Source of the DNA: an uncultured Thermodesulfobacteriota bacterium
GTDB lineage: Bacteria > Desulfobacterota > JAFDED01
DNA length: 64,000 nt
Direction of reading: 5' to 3'
Assembly: GCA_964611635.1 (NCBI GenBank)
Contig: CAZTAS010000001.1
Location: forward strand, 25,922 to 89,921
Position numbers and translations under genes: made by a program. This document shows positions 18,828 to 27,658 of this stretch, in pieces (position 1 is the first letter of the stretch; every line of letters begins with the position of its first letter). The notes beneath the pieces were generated by a model that saw nothing but the letters and a program-made list of their open reading frames with translations, was not told the origin of the DNA and did no database searches.

Positions 18828-21482
18828 TTATCTATTTTTCAATTCCATATGAGTATGGATAAAATTCTCCTCAATGAATGCTTCCTCCTCTACTCTGGTC
18901 TTGACCAGTCCATCGAGTCGCGCATCCAGCAAAGTCTCTAGGGCTTTTCCGATGATGGGCCCTTGCGGTAGACCTAACTTTATCAGATCTTTGCCCCGCA
19001 GCAAAGTATGGGTTCTCCGGAGGTGAGTAATAAACCGGGATATTGCAATTTGGGTGGATTTATGCCTTGTCCGGGCCATGGCGAAAAAGAGCATCTCCAG
19101 GGAAAATCGGCGTAATAAGCGATTAATTTGACTGTTAGAGGGCTGATCAAGGGAGTAAATCCGACGAATGGCTTGTATCAATTCTCTCCGGTCCTCGATA
19201 AAGGCGCGGCTTTTGCCATAATGTATCCCTAGCCTCTGACAGAGCTCTTCGAGCTCAGAGTCCTCAAGAGGATCGATGAGTGCGTAAAAATAAACGAGTG
19301 AGCGTTCGTATGGTTCGTCCAAAAACAACAAATCAAACCAGTTTAACACCTCCATAATCCGGCCCAGCATCTCTCTCATAGAATCGTTATAAGTGATGCT
19401 TGTATGAATGAATCGTAGCACATCCAGCTCTGCCATTCGACGCACGCATTCCTCTGCATGGTGTTCGTTCAGCATATATTGAAGTTCTTTAAATAAACGA
19501 TCGCCAGCCATCCGGTCAAAAAAATTTAACTTTACCGCATTTTCAACAAGGTGCATGGTATGTTTGACCATCTGAAATCCGAATCTCTGCTCGAATCGGA
19601 TGGCTCGGAAAATACGGGTAGGGTCTTCAACGAAACTTAAATTATGCAATACGCGGATGACGCGCTCCTTTATGTCACGCTGGCCGCCAAAGAAGTCCAT
19701 AACCTTTCCGAAGTGGCCTGGATTCAGGCTGAGGGCCAAGGTATTCATGGTAAAATCGCGGCGCGCCATATCCCGTTTGATGGATCCATACTCCACTTTC
19801 GGCAGAGCGCCCGGATAATCATAATATTCCATCCGGGCTGTCGCCACATCCAATTCCACCCTATGGGGAAGAAACACCGTAGCTGTATTGAATTTGAGGT
19901 GACTGCTGACCTTGCATCCCTCTCGGCGTCCCAACTCCTGTGCAAATGCTATGCCCTCCCCTTCTACCACCAGATCCAGGTCAAGGTTGTCGATGCGAAG
20001 CAAAAGGTCTCGAACAGCCCCACCAACCAGGTAGACTTTGAAACCCATTTCTTCAGCCAGAGAGCCGGCGCCTCGGAGTAACTGTACCACCCATGGAGGA
20101 AAACGCTCCTCCATGAGGCGAGATAAATTTTTAGGACGAGGGTAACGCGGCTCAGGATCATCTTCAGATCGTTCCTCTGGGAACTTGCTCCGGTCCAACT
20201 GGAGGTCCCGTAAAAGGTCTCCTCTCGTGATCACTCCCACCACACGGTCACCATCTATCACCGGTAGAAATCGTTGGTTGTGCTCTATGATAAGGGCTAG
20301 TACTGTCGAATAAGGTGTTTCGGGGTTAACAATTGAAAATTCGCGCGTCATGTACTCCCTCACGGGCAAATCCTTGAGCCCATGGAAAACGGCTTTTTCC
20401 ACAACAAGTCTGCTTATTAGGCCCACCAACTTATCTTCTTCTATAACTGGCAATGCGTTGATACTGTACCGATTCAGCACCTCCTCAACTTCCCTCAGAG
20501 TAGCCTGAGGCCCAACAAATTTGACCGGAGCGGACATCAAATCTACTGCATGGTGTTTGGGGGTGATTTTTTCTTGAAGGATCTTCAGGAGTTTTTCCTC
20601 CACCTGGTATAATGTCAAGTCGCGGATGGTGGCCGATGCCGCAACAGCATGCCCTCCACCACCAAAGGCCACAGCCACATCGCCCACATTGACTTCTTCC
20701 ACACGACTGCGTGCCACCAAGTAAATCCTATCATCCATGCGGGCCAGCGCAATGAGGACATCCAAATTTTCCATATCCTTGAGCTTGTGAACCAAGACCG
20801 CAAAATCGCCAACGAACTTGTTTACCGATGCCTTGGCGATGACCAGATCTACACCATGGATATTGTAATGGGTAGCTGACTCAATCAACTCGTTAAGGAG
20901 AGAGATTTGTTCGGCGGTCAGCTCCCGGGTCATCATATCGGATACAACATTAAGATTAGCGCCCTGGGACAAAAGATAAGCCGCGGCCTCAAAATCTTTC
21001 TCTCGGGTTGAAATAAAGGAGAATGATCCGGTGTCTTCATATATTCCCAGAGCCATGACCGTGGCTTCATCGGGGGTTATGGAGATTCCCTTCTCACGAA
21101 GAAGCCTCGCCATGATAGTCATGGTCGCCCCGACTTCTTCCACAATTTCCAGGTTGCCGTTGATGTCCTCATCGGATGGTGGATGGTGGTCATAGATATG
21201 TATATCCACATTCGGTCGATTAATGATTTGAGCAAACTTGCCGATTCGGCTGCGCTGCCGGGTATCAACCAGAATCAATCGCTCAACTGCATTCAGATCT
21301 ATGCGACGGACCCGCTCGGTTTCAAAGAGGTAATAAGTGGAATGAAGCAAAAATTCCTTGAGGTTTCGCTCCTGGGAGCCCGGGAATACCAACACAGCCT
21401 CTGGATACAGTTTGCGGGCAGCCAGCATCGAAGCCATGGCATCAAAGTCTGCGTTAATGTGGGTGGTGATCACCTCGAACAT
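18828..21482 (-). CDS. Fusion protein: DHH/DHHA1 phosphoesterase + CBS pair + CCA-adding/poly(A) polymerase-family nucleotidyltransferase
   Basis: DHH motifs HINADFDAMAS and IYDHHPP, and DHHA1 motif GGGGHAVAASA. Two CBS modules follow. The nucleotidyltransferase head is VYLVGGAVRDLLL..DLDLVVEG, followed by RDFTMNTLA and a tRNA-binding tail. Confidence 0.85.
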   Translation of the reverse strand: MFEVITTHINADFDAMASMLAARKLYPEAVLVFPGSQERNLKEFLLHSTYYLFETERVRRIDLNAVERLILVDTRQRSRIGKFAQIINRPNVDIHIYDHHPPSDEDINGNLEIVEEVGATMTIMARLLREKGISITPDEATVMALGIYEDTGSFSFISTREKDFEAAAYLLSQGANLNVVSDMMTRELTAEQISLLNELIESATHYNIHGVDLVIAKASVNKFVGDFAVLVHKLKDMENLDVLIALARMDDRIYLVARSRVEEVNVGDVAVAFGGGGHAVAASATIRDLTLYQVEEKLLKILQEKITPKHHAVDLMSAPVKFVGPQATLREVEEVLNRYSINALPVIEEDKLVGLISRLVVEKAVFHGLKDLPVREYMTREFSIVNPETPYSTVLALIIEHNQRFLPVIDGDRVVGVITRGDLLRDLQLDRSKFPEERSEDDPEPRYPRPKNLSRLMEERFPPWVVQLLRGAGSLAEEMGFKVYLVGGAVRDLLLRIDNLDLDLVVEGEGIAFAQELGRREGCKVSSHLKFNTATVFLPHRVELDVATARMEYYDYPGALPKVEYGSIKRDMARRDFTMNTLALSLNPGHFGKVMDFFGGQRDIKERVIRVLHNLSFVEDPTRIFRAIRFEQRFGFQMVKHTMHLVENAVKLNFFDRMAGDRLFKELQYMLNEHHAEECVRRMAELDVLRFIHTSITYNDSMREMLGRIMEVLNWFDLLFLDEPYERSLVYFYALIDPLEDSELEELCQRLGIHYGKSRAFIEDRRELIQAIRRIYSLDQPSNSQINRLLRRFSLEMLFFAMARTRHKSTQIAISRFITHLRRTHTLLRGKDLIKLGLPQGPIIGKALETLLDARLDGLVKTRVEEEAFIEENFIHTHMELKNR

Positions 21483-21569
21483 GTTTTTTCACTTATCAAT
21501 GCAAAATTAGCATTTAAGAATTGCAAGATAACAAATTTTTACAATGCTATTTGATCATTTTTCAATCAT

Positions 21570-22457
21570 TCAGCCCAATGGGTGGAACTTCTGGTGGATC
21601 TCCTTGAGTCGCTCCCTAGTTACATGGGTATAAATCTCGGTGGTGGAGATATCCGCGTGTCCTAACATGGACTGTACAGAGCGCAAGTCGGCACCACCTG
21701 CCAACAAGTGAGTGGCAAAGGAATGCCTCAGGGTGTGTGGAGAGATCTTGCGCGAGATCTGGCATTTCCGGGCGTAATGCTGGATGAGCTTCCAGAACCA
21801 TTGACGTGTCATTGGCTTGCCCCTGCGCGTTACAAACAAATAAGGGCTATCTTTCCCCTTAAGTAATGCAGAACGTATACCATCGAGGTAATGTTGAAGG
21901 CACCGGAGAGCTGCTGTGCCCATGGGCACTATTCGCTCTTTGGAGCGCTTCCCCATGGGAACAACATATCCAACTTCCATGTTGACCTGGTGGGTTTTCA
22001 GACCCACTAACTCCGAAACACGCAACCCTGTTGCATACATAAGCTCCAGCATAGCAAGATCCCTGATTCCCTCTGGAGTATCCCTTTCAGGGGTCTCAAG
22101 TAGCCGCTCAACCTCATGGAGCGTGAGGACGTTGGGAAGTCGTTGAACCCGTCGGGGCGATTCGACAAGGCCAAGGGGGGTATGCTGCAGCACCTTCTCA
22201 TGGAGCAGGAAGCGGAAGAATGTGCGCACAGCCGAAATAGCACGGGCGCAACTTGAGGGTGAAAGGCCCTCCTGCCGCATTTTCACAATAAAGGCCACAA
22301 TATCCTCTATATCACAATGAGCTAAAGCTCTCACCCCCCTGCTTTCCATCAGAGAGATGAAGCGGTAAATGTCCCTGCTGTAACCTTCCAATGTATTAGC
22401 CGAGAGCCCTCGTTCCACGGTCAGATGGTTAAGAAATTGATCCGCTAAATCATACAT
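21570..22457 (-). CDS. xerD: Tyrosine site-specific recombinase XerD (XerC not excluded)
   Basis: RGLSANTLEGYSRDI, ATGLRVSELVGL, HTLRHSFATHLL and LGHADISTTEIYTHV are present. Confidence 0.8.
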   Translation of the reverse strand: MYDLADQFLNHLTVERGLSANTLEGYSRDIYRFISLMESRGVRALAHCDIEDIVAFIVKMRQEGLSPSSCARAISAVRTFFRFLLHEKVLQHTPLGLVESPRRVQRLPNVLTLHEVERLLETPERDTPEGIRDLAMLELMYATGLRVSELVGLKTHQVNMEVGYVVPMGKRSKERIVPMGTAALRCLQHYLDGIRSALLKGKDSPYLFVTRRGKPMTRQWFWKLIQHYARKCQISRKISPHTLRHSFATHLLAGGADLRSVQSMLGHADISTTEIYTHVTRERLKEIHQKFHPLG

Positions 22458-22469
22458 GCATGACTCAAA

Positions 22470-25142
22470 TCAGTGCTCTTTACGTAACATCCGGCATAGT
22501 CGTTCCAGTATATTGATCGCCTGAATAGGGGTCAGGCGGTTGACCTCCAACGCTTTGAGTTCATTTATTACTGGATGGTGAGGTGCTTGTCTGCCGAAAA
22601 GTTGGAGCTGTGCCGGATTGCTCCTTAATTTTTGCATCTTCTTTCCCGTTGCCAGTCGGGGAATACCCTCCCTGTCCAGCTCTTCGCCTTCCAGGTTAGA
22701 AAGAATTTCCCGCGCCCTTTCGAGAACCTGGGCTGGAAGCCCTGCTAATCGGGCCACCTGGATACCGTAGCTTCTGCTGGTGCTCCCTGGCTGAATCCTG
22801 CGCAAGAATATAATTCTATCCTCCCATTCTCTCACTACTATATTGAAATTTCGAACCCGCTCCTTTGTTCTGCTCAGATCTGTCAGCTCATGGTAATGCG
22901 TAGCGAAGAGAATTCGAGGTCCAGGAGTTCCCATATCATGGAGATATTCTGCCACAGCCCATGCGATACTGAGTCCATCGAAGGTGCTGGTTCCCCTCCC
23001 GATCTCATCCAGAAGGATCAGGCTGCGGGGTGTGGCATTGTTGAGTATATTAGCTGTCTCAACCATTTCCACCATGAACGTGCTTAAACCCTTGGCCAGG
23101 TAATCCGTGGCACCGATTCGGGTAAAAACACGGTCCACTATTCCGATTTCTGCTCGATCAGCTGGAATAAAGCTGCCTGCCTGGGCCATGAGAACAATAA
23201 GAGCTATTTGGCGCATGAAAGTCGATTTCCCGGCCATATTCGGGCCTGTGATGATGAGCAGCTGATTCTCTAAGCAGTCCAAGCGAATATCATTTGGAAC
23301 AAAACGTTCTTCCAAGTCCATCTGCTCGATCACAGGGTGGCGCCCTTCCACGATTTCGATCACGTCATCTTCCCGCAGAGAAGGCCGGACATATCTGTTG
23401 CAGCTGGCGACCTCAGCCAGGGAGGCAAGTACATCCACGCGAGCCAGTTGCCCTGATGCGGCCCGGAGCCGGGGAGCCTGTTGGGCAACCTGCTCGATAA
23501 TCTGAGCAAACAAGCGGTGCTCGATTTCCAGCATACGCTCTTCAGCACCTAAAATACGGCTTTCATATTCTTTCAGGTCCTGATTTATGTATCGCTCAGC
23601 GTTGGCCAGTGTCTGCTTTCGTACGTAGTCATCGGGCACTTTGTGGATGTGAGAGCGTGTAATTTCTATATAATACCCGAACACACGATTGTATCCTACG
23701 CGAAGATTATGAATTCCCGTGCGTTCCCGCTCGCTCGCCTCCATGCGGGCGATCCAACCTTTTCCCTCATGAGCGGCGATTTGGAGTTCATCGAGGTCCG
23801 GATGGTATCCTTTCCTAATTATTCCTCCTTCCCTGAGTGTTGAAGGCGGCTCATCCACCAAGGCTTTCCCCAGAAGATCCTCCATATCTGTCAGTGGATC
23901 CATCTCTGCCGCTTCTGCCAGCAATTCTGCACGCAACCCCTGCATTATCTTTTTTATCCCAGGAAGCTGGCGCAAAGAATCCCTCAGGGCGATCAGATCG
24001 CGCGGGTTGGCTGACCTAAGGACGACCTTGCCGGTAATTCGCTCCAGATCGCGCACTCCTTTCATAGCGCTGCGAAGATCGCGCAGCGTGAGGCTGTCGC
24101 TTACCAACTCCTCCACCGCATCCAGCCTTGACTCAATGGCACACTGGTCCATCAATGGCCAATTGAGCCACGACCGCAGCATTCGTGCCCCCATGGCGGT
24201 GATGGTTAGGTCAAGAACGTCCAGGAGAGTGCCCTTTCTTGACCCATCCATCAGATTGGCGAAGATCTCCAGGTTGCGCTTGCTGTTGTTATCCAGCACC
24301 ATATAGTTTTCGCGTCGATAAGGCAGTAGCCGATCTACGTGTTCCAGTCGAGATCGTTGCGTCTCCCGAACATAATGCACCAATGCTCCCGCTGCTACCA
24401 AGCCATGCGGGAAGTCCCCCACACCGAATCCTTCCAGAGTGGCGGTTTGAAACTGATCTCGGAGAAGCCTTCGTGCATGATCTTCATCGAATATCCAATC
24501 ATCCAGATATGTTACCGTTCTTCCATCTAAAGCTGCGTTCCAAAGGGTTGACTGTCCTCCTTGGTCTTCTCCGGTCTTTAAAGAGCTGGGCAGGACAACT
24601 TCACGCGGATCAATGCGGTCCATCTCAGCTCGAATCTCCGTGACACCATTAAGCTCGGTCAATCGAAACTCGCCCGTGGAGATGTCCAGGTATGCCACAC
24701 CCACTGGCCCACTACCGATAAGGGCCAGGAGATAGTTATTTTTCAGAGCTTCCAGATTCTCCGGTTCAGCCATCAACCCCGGTGTCACAACACGGATCAC
24801 CTCCCGCCGGACAATGCCATGGGCTTCATGTGGATCTTCCACTTGTTCGCATATAGCTACTCGATGCCCGTGGTTGACCAAACGGGCAATGTATCCAGCT
24901 GCAGCGTGGTAAGGAACCCCGCACATGGGAATGGGATCATCCGAGTCTTTGTCTCGACTGGTCAGAGCTATTTCCAGGATGGGAGAGGCAATTCGAGCAT
25001 CATCAAAAAACATTTCATAAAAGTCGCCGATTCGGAAAAAAAGAATGGTGTCTTTATATTGCTCTTTAATTTTTTTATATTGATTAAATAAAGATCCGCT
25101 CTTACGCATAACCTTCTTCATTGAAAAATTATCAATTAGCAA
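22470..25142 (-). CDS. mutS: DNA mismatch repair protein MutS
   Basis: GDFYEMFFDDA, Walker A TGPNMAGKST and DEIGRGTSTFDG are present. The ORF maximum starts at a TTG at 25142; an ATG at 25121 (MKKVMRK...) is a plausible true start. Confidence 0.95.
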   Translation of the reverse strand: MLIDNFSMKKVMRKSGSLFNQYKKIKEQYKDTILFFRIGDFYEMFFDDARIASPILEIALTSRDKDSDDPIPMCGVPYHAAAGYIARLVNHGHRVAICEQVEDPHEAHGIVRREVIRVVTPGLMAEPENLEALKNNYLLALIGSGPVGVAYLDISTGEFRLTELNGVTEIRAEMDRIDPREVVLPSSLKTGEDQGGQSTLWNAALDGRTVTYLDDWIFDEDHARRLLRDQFQTATLEGFGVGDFPHGLVAAGALVHYVRETQRSRLEHVDRLLPYRRENYMVLDNNSKRNLEIFANLMDGSRKGTLLDVLDLTITAMGARMLRSWLNWPLMDQCAIESRLDAVEELVSDSLTLRDLRSAMKGVRDLERITGKVVLRSANPRDLIALRDSLRQLPGIKKIMQGLRAELLAEAAEMDPLTDMEDLLGKALVDEPPSTLREGGIIRKGYHPDLDELQIAAHEGKGWIARMEASERERTGIHNLRVGYNRVFGYYIEITRSHIHKVPDDYVRKQTLANAERYINQDLKEYESRILGAEERMLEIEHRLFAQIIEQVAQQAPRLRAASGQLARVDVLASLAEVASCNRYVRPSLREDDVIEIVEGRHPVIEQMDLEERFVPNDIRLDCLENQLLIITGPNMAGKSTFMRQIALIVLMAQAGSFIPADRAEIGIVDRVFTRIGATDYLAKGLSTFMVEMVETANILNNATPRSLILLDEIGRGTSTFDGLSIAWAVAEYLHDMGTPGPRILFATHYHELTDLSRTKERVRNFNIVVREWEDRIIFLRRIQPGSTSRSYGIQVARLAGLPAQVLERAREILSNLEGEELDREGIPRLATGKKMQKLRSNPAQLQLFGRQAPHHPVINELKALEVNRLTPIQAINILERLCRMLRKEH

Positions 25143-25225
25143 TTTTCATTTTACAATTTGCAATGTTAATTTTCCAATATCCCAACTCGATGCAGCGGAG
25201 ACCTTTGAAAGGGGCTGAAGGGAAG

Positions 25226-25555
25226 TTACTTGGAATTACCTTCAACTTGGGGCAATGGTAACGATTCACGGGCAGATACTTCCTGGGATTTCTCAATTTG
25301 TTTTACCCTGCTCTGAAGCTCAGAGCACTGTTTACGCAATCTTTTTAACTGGCGTTTGAGCCTGAGGTGTTCCCCAAATGTCGTAAAACCTATCAGAAGA
25401 GCTCCCAGGAGTAAAGCACCCAACATCATCATATAGAGTTGTGTCCCGATTTTAGTAAATAGCAAGTCTACGGTTACAGGAGAAGCGTTTTTTGTACAAA
25501 AAATTACAATAACTATGAACATTACCAGCATGAATATGGTCTTTAAAATTTTCAT
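25226..25555 (-). CDS. LapA-family (DUF1049) small inner-membrane protein with a coiled-coil tail
   Basis: Two TM helices are followed by LRLKRQLKRLRKQCSELQSRVKQIEK. Confidence 0.6.
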   Translation of the reverse strand: MKILKTIFMLVMFIVIVIFCTKNASPVTVDLLFTKIGTQLYMMMLGALLLGALLIGFTTFGEHLRLKRQLKRLRKQCSELQSRVKQIEKSQEVSARESLPLPQVEGNSK

Positions 25556-25658
25556 GAGATCCTCTTCGACTCTTTAGAATTAAGGGCTCGGAGCCGTTTT
25601 TAAAAATTGACATCAAATCATTTATAGTTCTTGCGATTTATTCGATCCTTGATTCCCG

Positions 25659-26171
25659 CTACATTGGACTCTGCTTGCGAGCATTGAAAAAAGGTTTAAG
25701 CTGATCGTATGTTTGAGCCAGCAACTCCGGTAAAACATGAACATCCGCCATCACTGGCATGAAATTGACATCACCACTCCATCTAGGAACAATGTGGACG
25801 TGCAAATGCTCGTCTATACCAGCACCGGCTACTTTACCTATATTGATTCCAACGTTGAAACCTTCCGCCCCCATGACCTTTCTCAGGGTCTCCGTGCTGT
25901 CCCGGACAGCATCCATGACAGCGCACATCTCATCCATAGTGAGGGTTGTAAGTTCGCTCAAATGGCGTAGGGGTGCCACCATCAGGTGCCCGCTATTATA
26001 TGGATATCTATTCATAATGATAAAAACGTAAGCATCGCGCATCAGGATAAGATTTTCACGCTCATTGCCTTTATCTGAAATCGCTTGGCAAAAAACACAA
26101 CCGGATGGCTTGGGATCTTTAATATTTTTAATATATTGAATACGCCATGGAGCCCATAAGCAATCGCTCAT
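25659..26171 (-). CDS. HIT-family nucleotide hydrolase/phosphorylase (Ap4A phosphorylase-like)
   Basis: The histidine triad is HLHVHIVPRW, and the N-terminus is CLWAPWRIQYI. Confidence 0.85.
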   Translation of the reverse strand: MSDCLWAPWRIQYIKNIKDPKPSGCVFCQAISDKGNERENLILMRDAYVFIIMNRYPYNSGHLMVAPLRHLSELTTLTMDEMCAVMDAVRDSTETLRKVMGAEGFNVGINIGKVAGAGIDEHLHVHIVPRWSGDVNFMPVMADVHVLPELLAQTYDQLKPFFNARKQSPM

Positions 26172-26231
26172 GAATCTCTCCTTAGTTGAATAACGAGAAG
26201 TATGTCTGCTTTCCCCATTTATTGATACACC

Positions 26232-26708
26232 CTAAACAGGGATAATTAGGCCGCGTATCTCCTCATCTATATCCAGGATGCCCACAGTGTTTTTCCTGGC
26301 GAACCTTTTATCTGTTGGAGAACCGGGATTGAAAAAGAGAATACCATCTTTCAAACGATTCACCGAATTGTGCGTGTGGCCGAAAACAATGCACTGAACA
26401 CTTTCGAATTGGTTCTGTATGCGGTCCTCCATCCCCCCTGGAGCTCCCCACCCATGAATAATCCCAATCCGAAAATGGCCCACCGAGAGCACCTTCTTGT
26501 CAGGCAGAAGCCTCTGGACATCAGGATAGTCCATGTTTCCGTGGACCGCCTCAAAGTTTCTTTCCTGCAAGTATCTCAAAACGTCCGATGTGACCAAATC
26601 GCCGGCGTGGATGAGCATGTCCGCCTCTGCAAAATGTGTGTCAACAATCTCACGCAAACGGGAATCAACTTCAAGAAGATGAGTATCGGATAGCACGCCG
26701 ATTTTCAT
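26232..26708 (-). CDS. YfcE/MJ0936-family metallophosphoesterase
   Basis: MKIGVLSDTHL, HAGDL, GNMD, GHTH and FNPGS are present. Confidence 0.85.
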   Translation of the reverse strand: MKIGVLSDTHLLEVDSRLREIVDTHFAEADMLIHAGDLVTSDVLRYLQERNFEAVHGNMDYPDVQRLLPDKKVLSVGHFRIGIIHGWGAPGGMEDRIQNQFESVQCIVFGHTHNSVNRLKDGILFFNPGSPTDKRFARKNTVGILDIDEEIRGLIIPV

Positions 26709-27508
26709 TTTAATCCCCTTGTTTCAACGAGTTCTATTTCTCCCCATGCTCCCAGGGTGTCTCTGACGATGATCAGTACGCCCTCCACTCCCGGAATTTC
26801 CTTTGCATGATCGAGTCCCTTTGGGATATCCTCTGTCCTGGAAACTGCATTGCCTACAGCCGTGGCAGCGGCATCGGCAAGCGCTGCACTGGCTGACAGG
26901 ATCGTTACCGCATCCGCCCGACCGATGCTCATCGAATGACCCACGGTGCCAGAAGATGTACACAAGCCTAAAGGCATTTTTTCGGCCTTTAATCGAATGC
27001 CGACGCGTCCCGATAGTGGACTTTTCCCGGCGTAAATTCCCGCGGTGAGAGGACGGAAGCTCCGCACGTAAAGATCTCCACCGTTCTCGATCACCACCTC
27101 CTCCGAATAGTCCGCCAGGGACTCTCCAAGCATTTGCGAGATGGCGCCAGCCACTGCGGCCATGGGCCCCACGTCAGCAAGCTGAGCGGCCTCTGCCATA
27201 AGGCGAACAATTGGGGGAGCCGTATCCTTTGCTTCAACGGGCCTGAGGGAATGAAGAAATTCTGGATTATCTTCGATGGCCAGCTCCACCTGGTGACGGA
27301 GGCGAATAACTATCTCGCGGGCTTCCTGGAGCCAGACTCCCCGCGTCATAATGTGCAGGTCGGTCTCTTTTACCGCCAGTGTATAAGCTTCCAGGTCTCT
27401 GGGAGGAACAACTCGGCGATAATAACGCTCTTCATATGTTGAAACGTCCATCCGTGGATCAACTCCAGATGACCCGGGGTGAATGCCTCTGCACATATAT
27501 TTCCTCAA
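26705..27508 (-). CDS. UPF0280 family protein (ApbE-like fold)
   Basis: About 250 aa with GPMAAVAGAI, IENGGDLY and TSSGTVGHSMS blocks. Its stop overlaps the start of the downstream phosphoesterase gene by 4 nt. Confidence 0.6.
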   Translation of the reverse strand: MRKYMCRGIHPGSSGVDPRMDVSTYEERYYRRVVPPRDLEAYTLAVKETDLHIMTRGVWLQEAREIVIRLRHQVELAIEDNPEFLHSLRPVEAKDTAPPIVRLMAEAAQLADVGPMAAVAGAISQMLGESLADYSEEVVIENGGDLYVRSFRPLTAGIYAGKSPLSGRVGIRLKAEKMPLGLCTSSGTVGHSMSIGRADAVTILSASAALADAAATAVGNAVSRTEDIPKGLDHAKEIPGVEGVLIIVRDTLGAWGEIELVETRGLK

Positions 27509-27658
27509 TCCCGGAAAAGATCAAGAGACATCTTTTTCATTCTGTTTGTTTGCTCACAAGTATATATAAATGTATTGTTAAAAATTACCAATTACATTTA
27601 TATTACAGCTCAATTTTTCTCTGCCTTTAATGCAACTTTGGTAGCATTCCAGTTGTTC

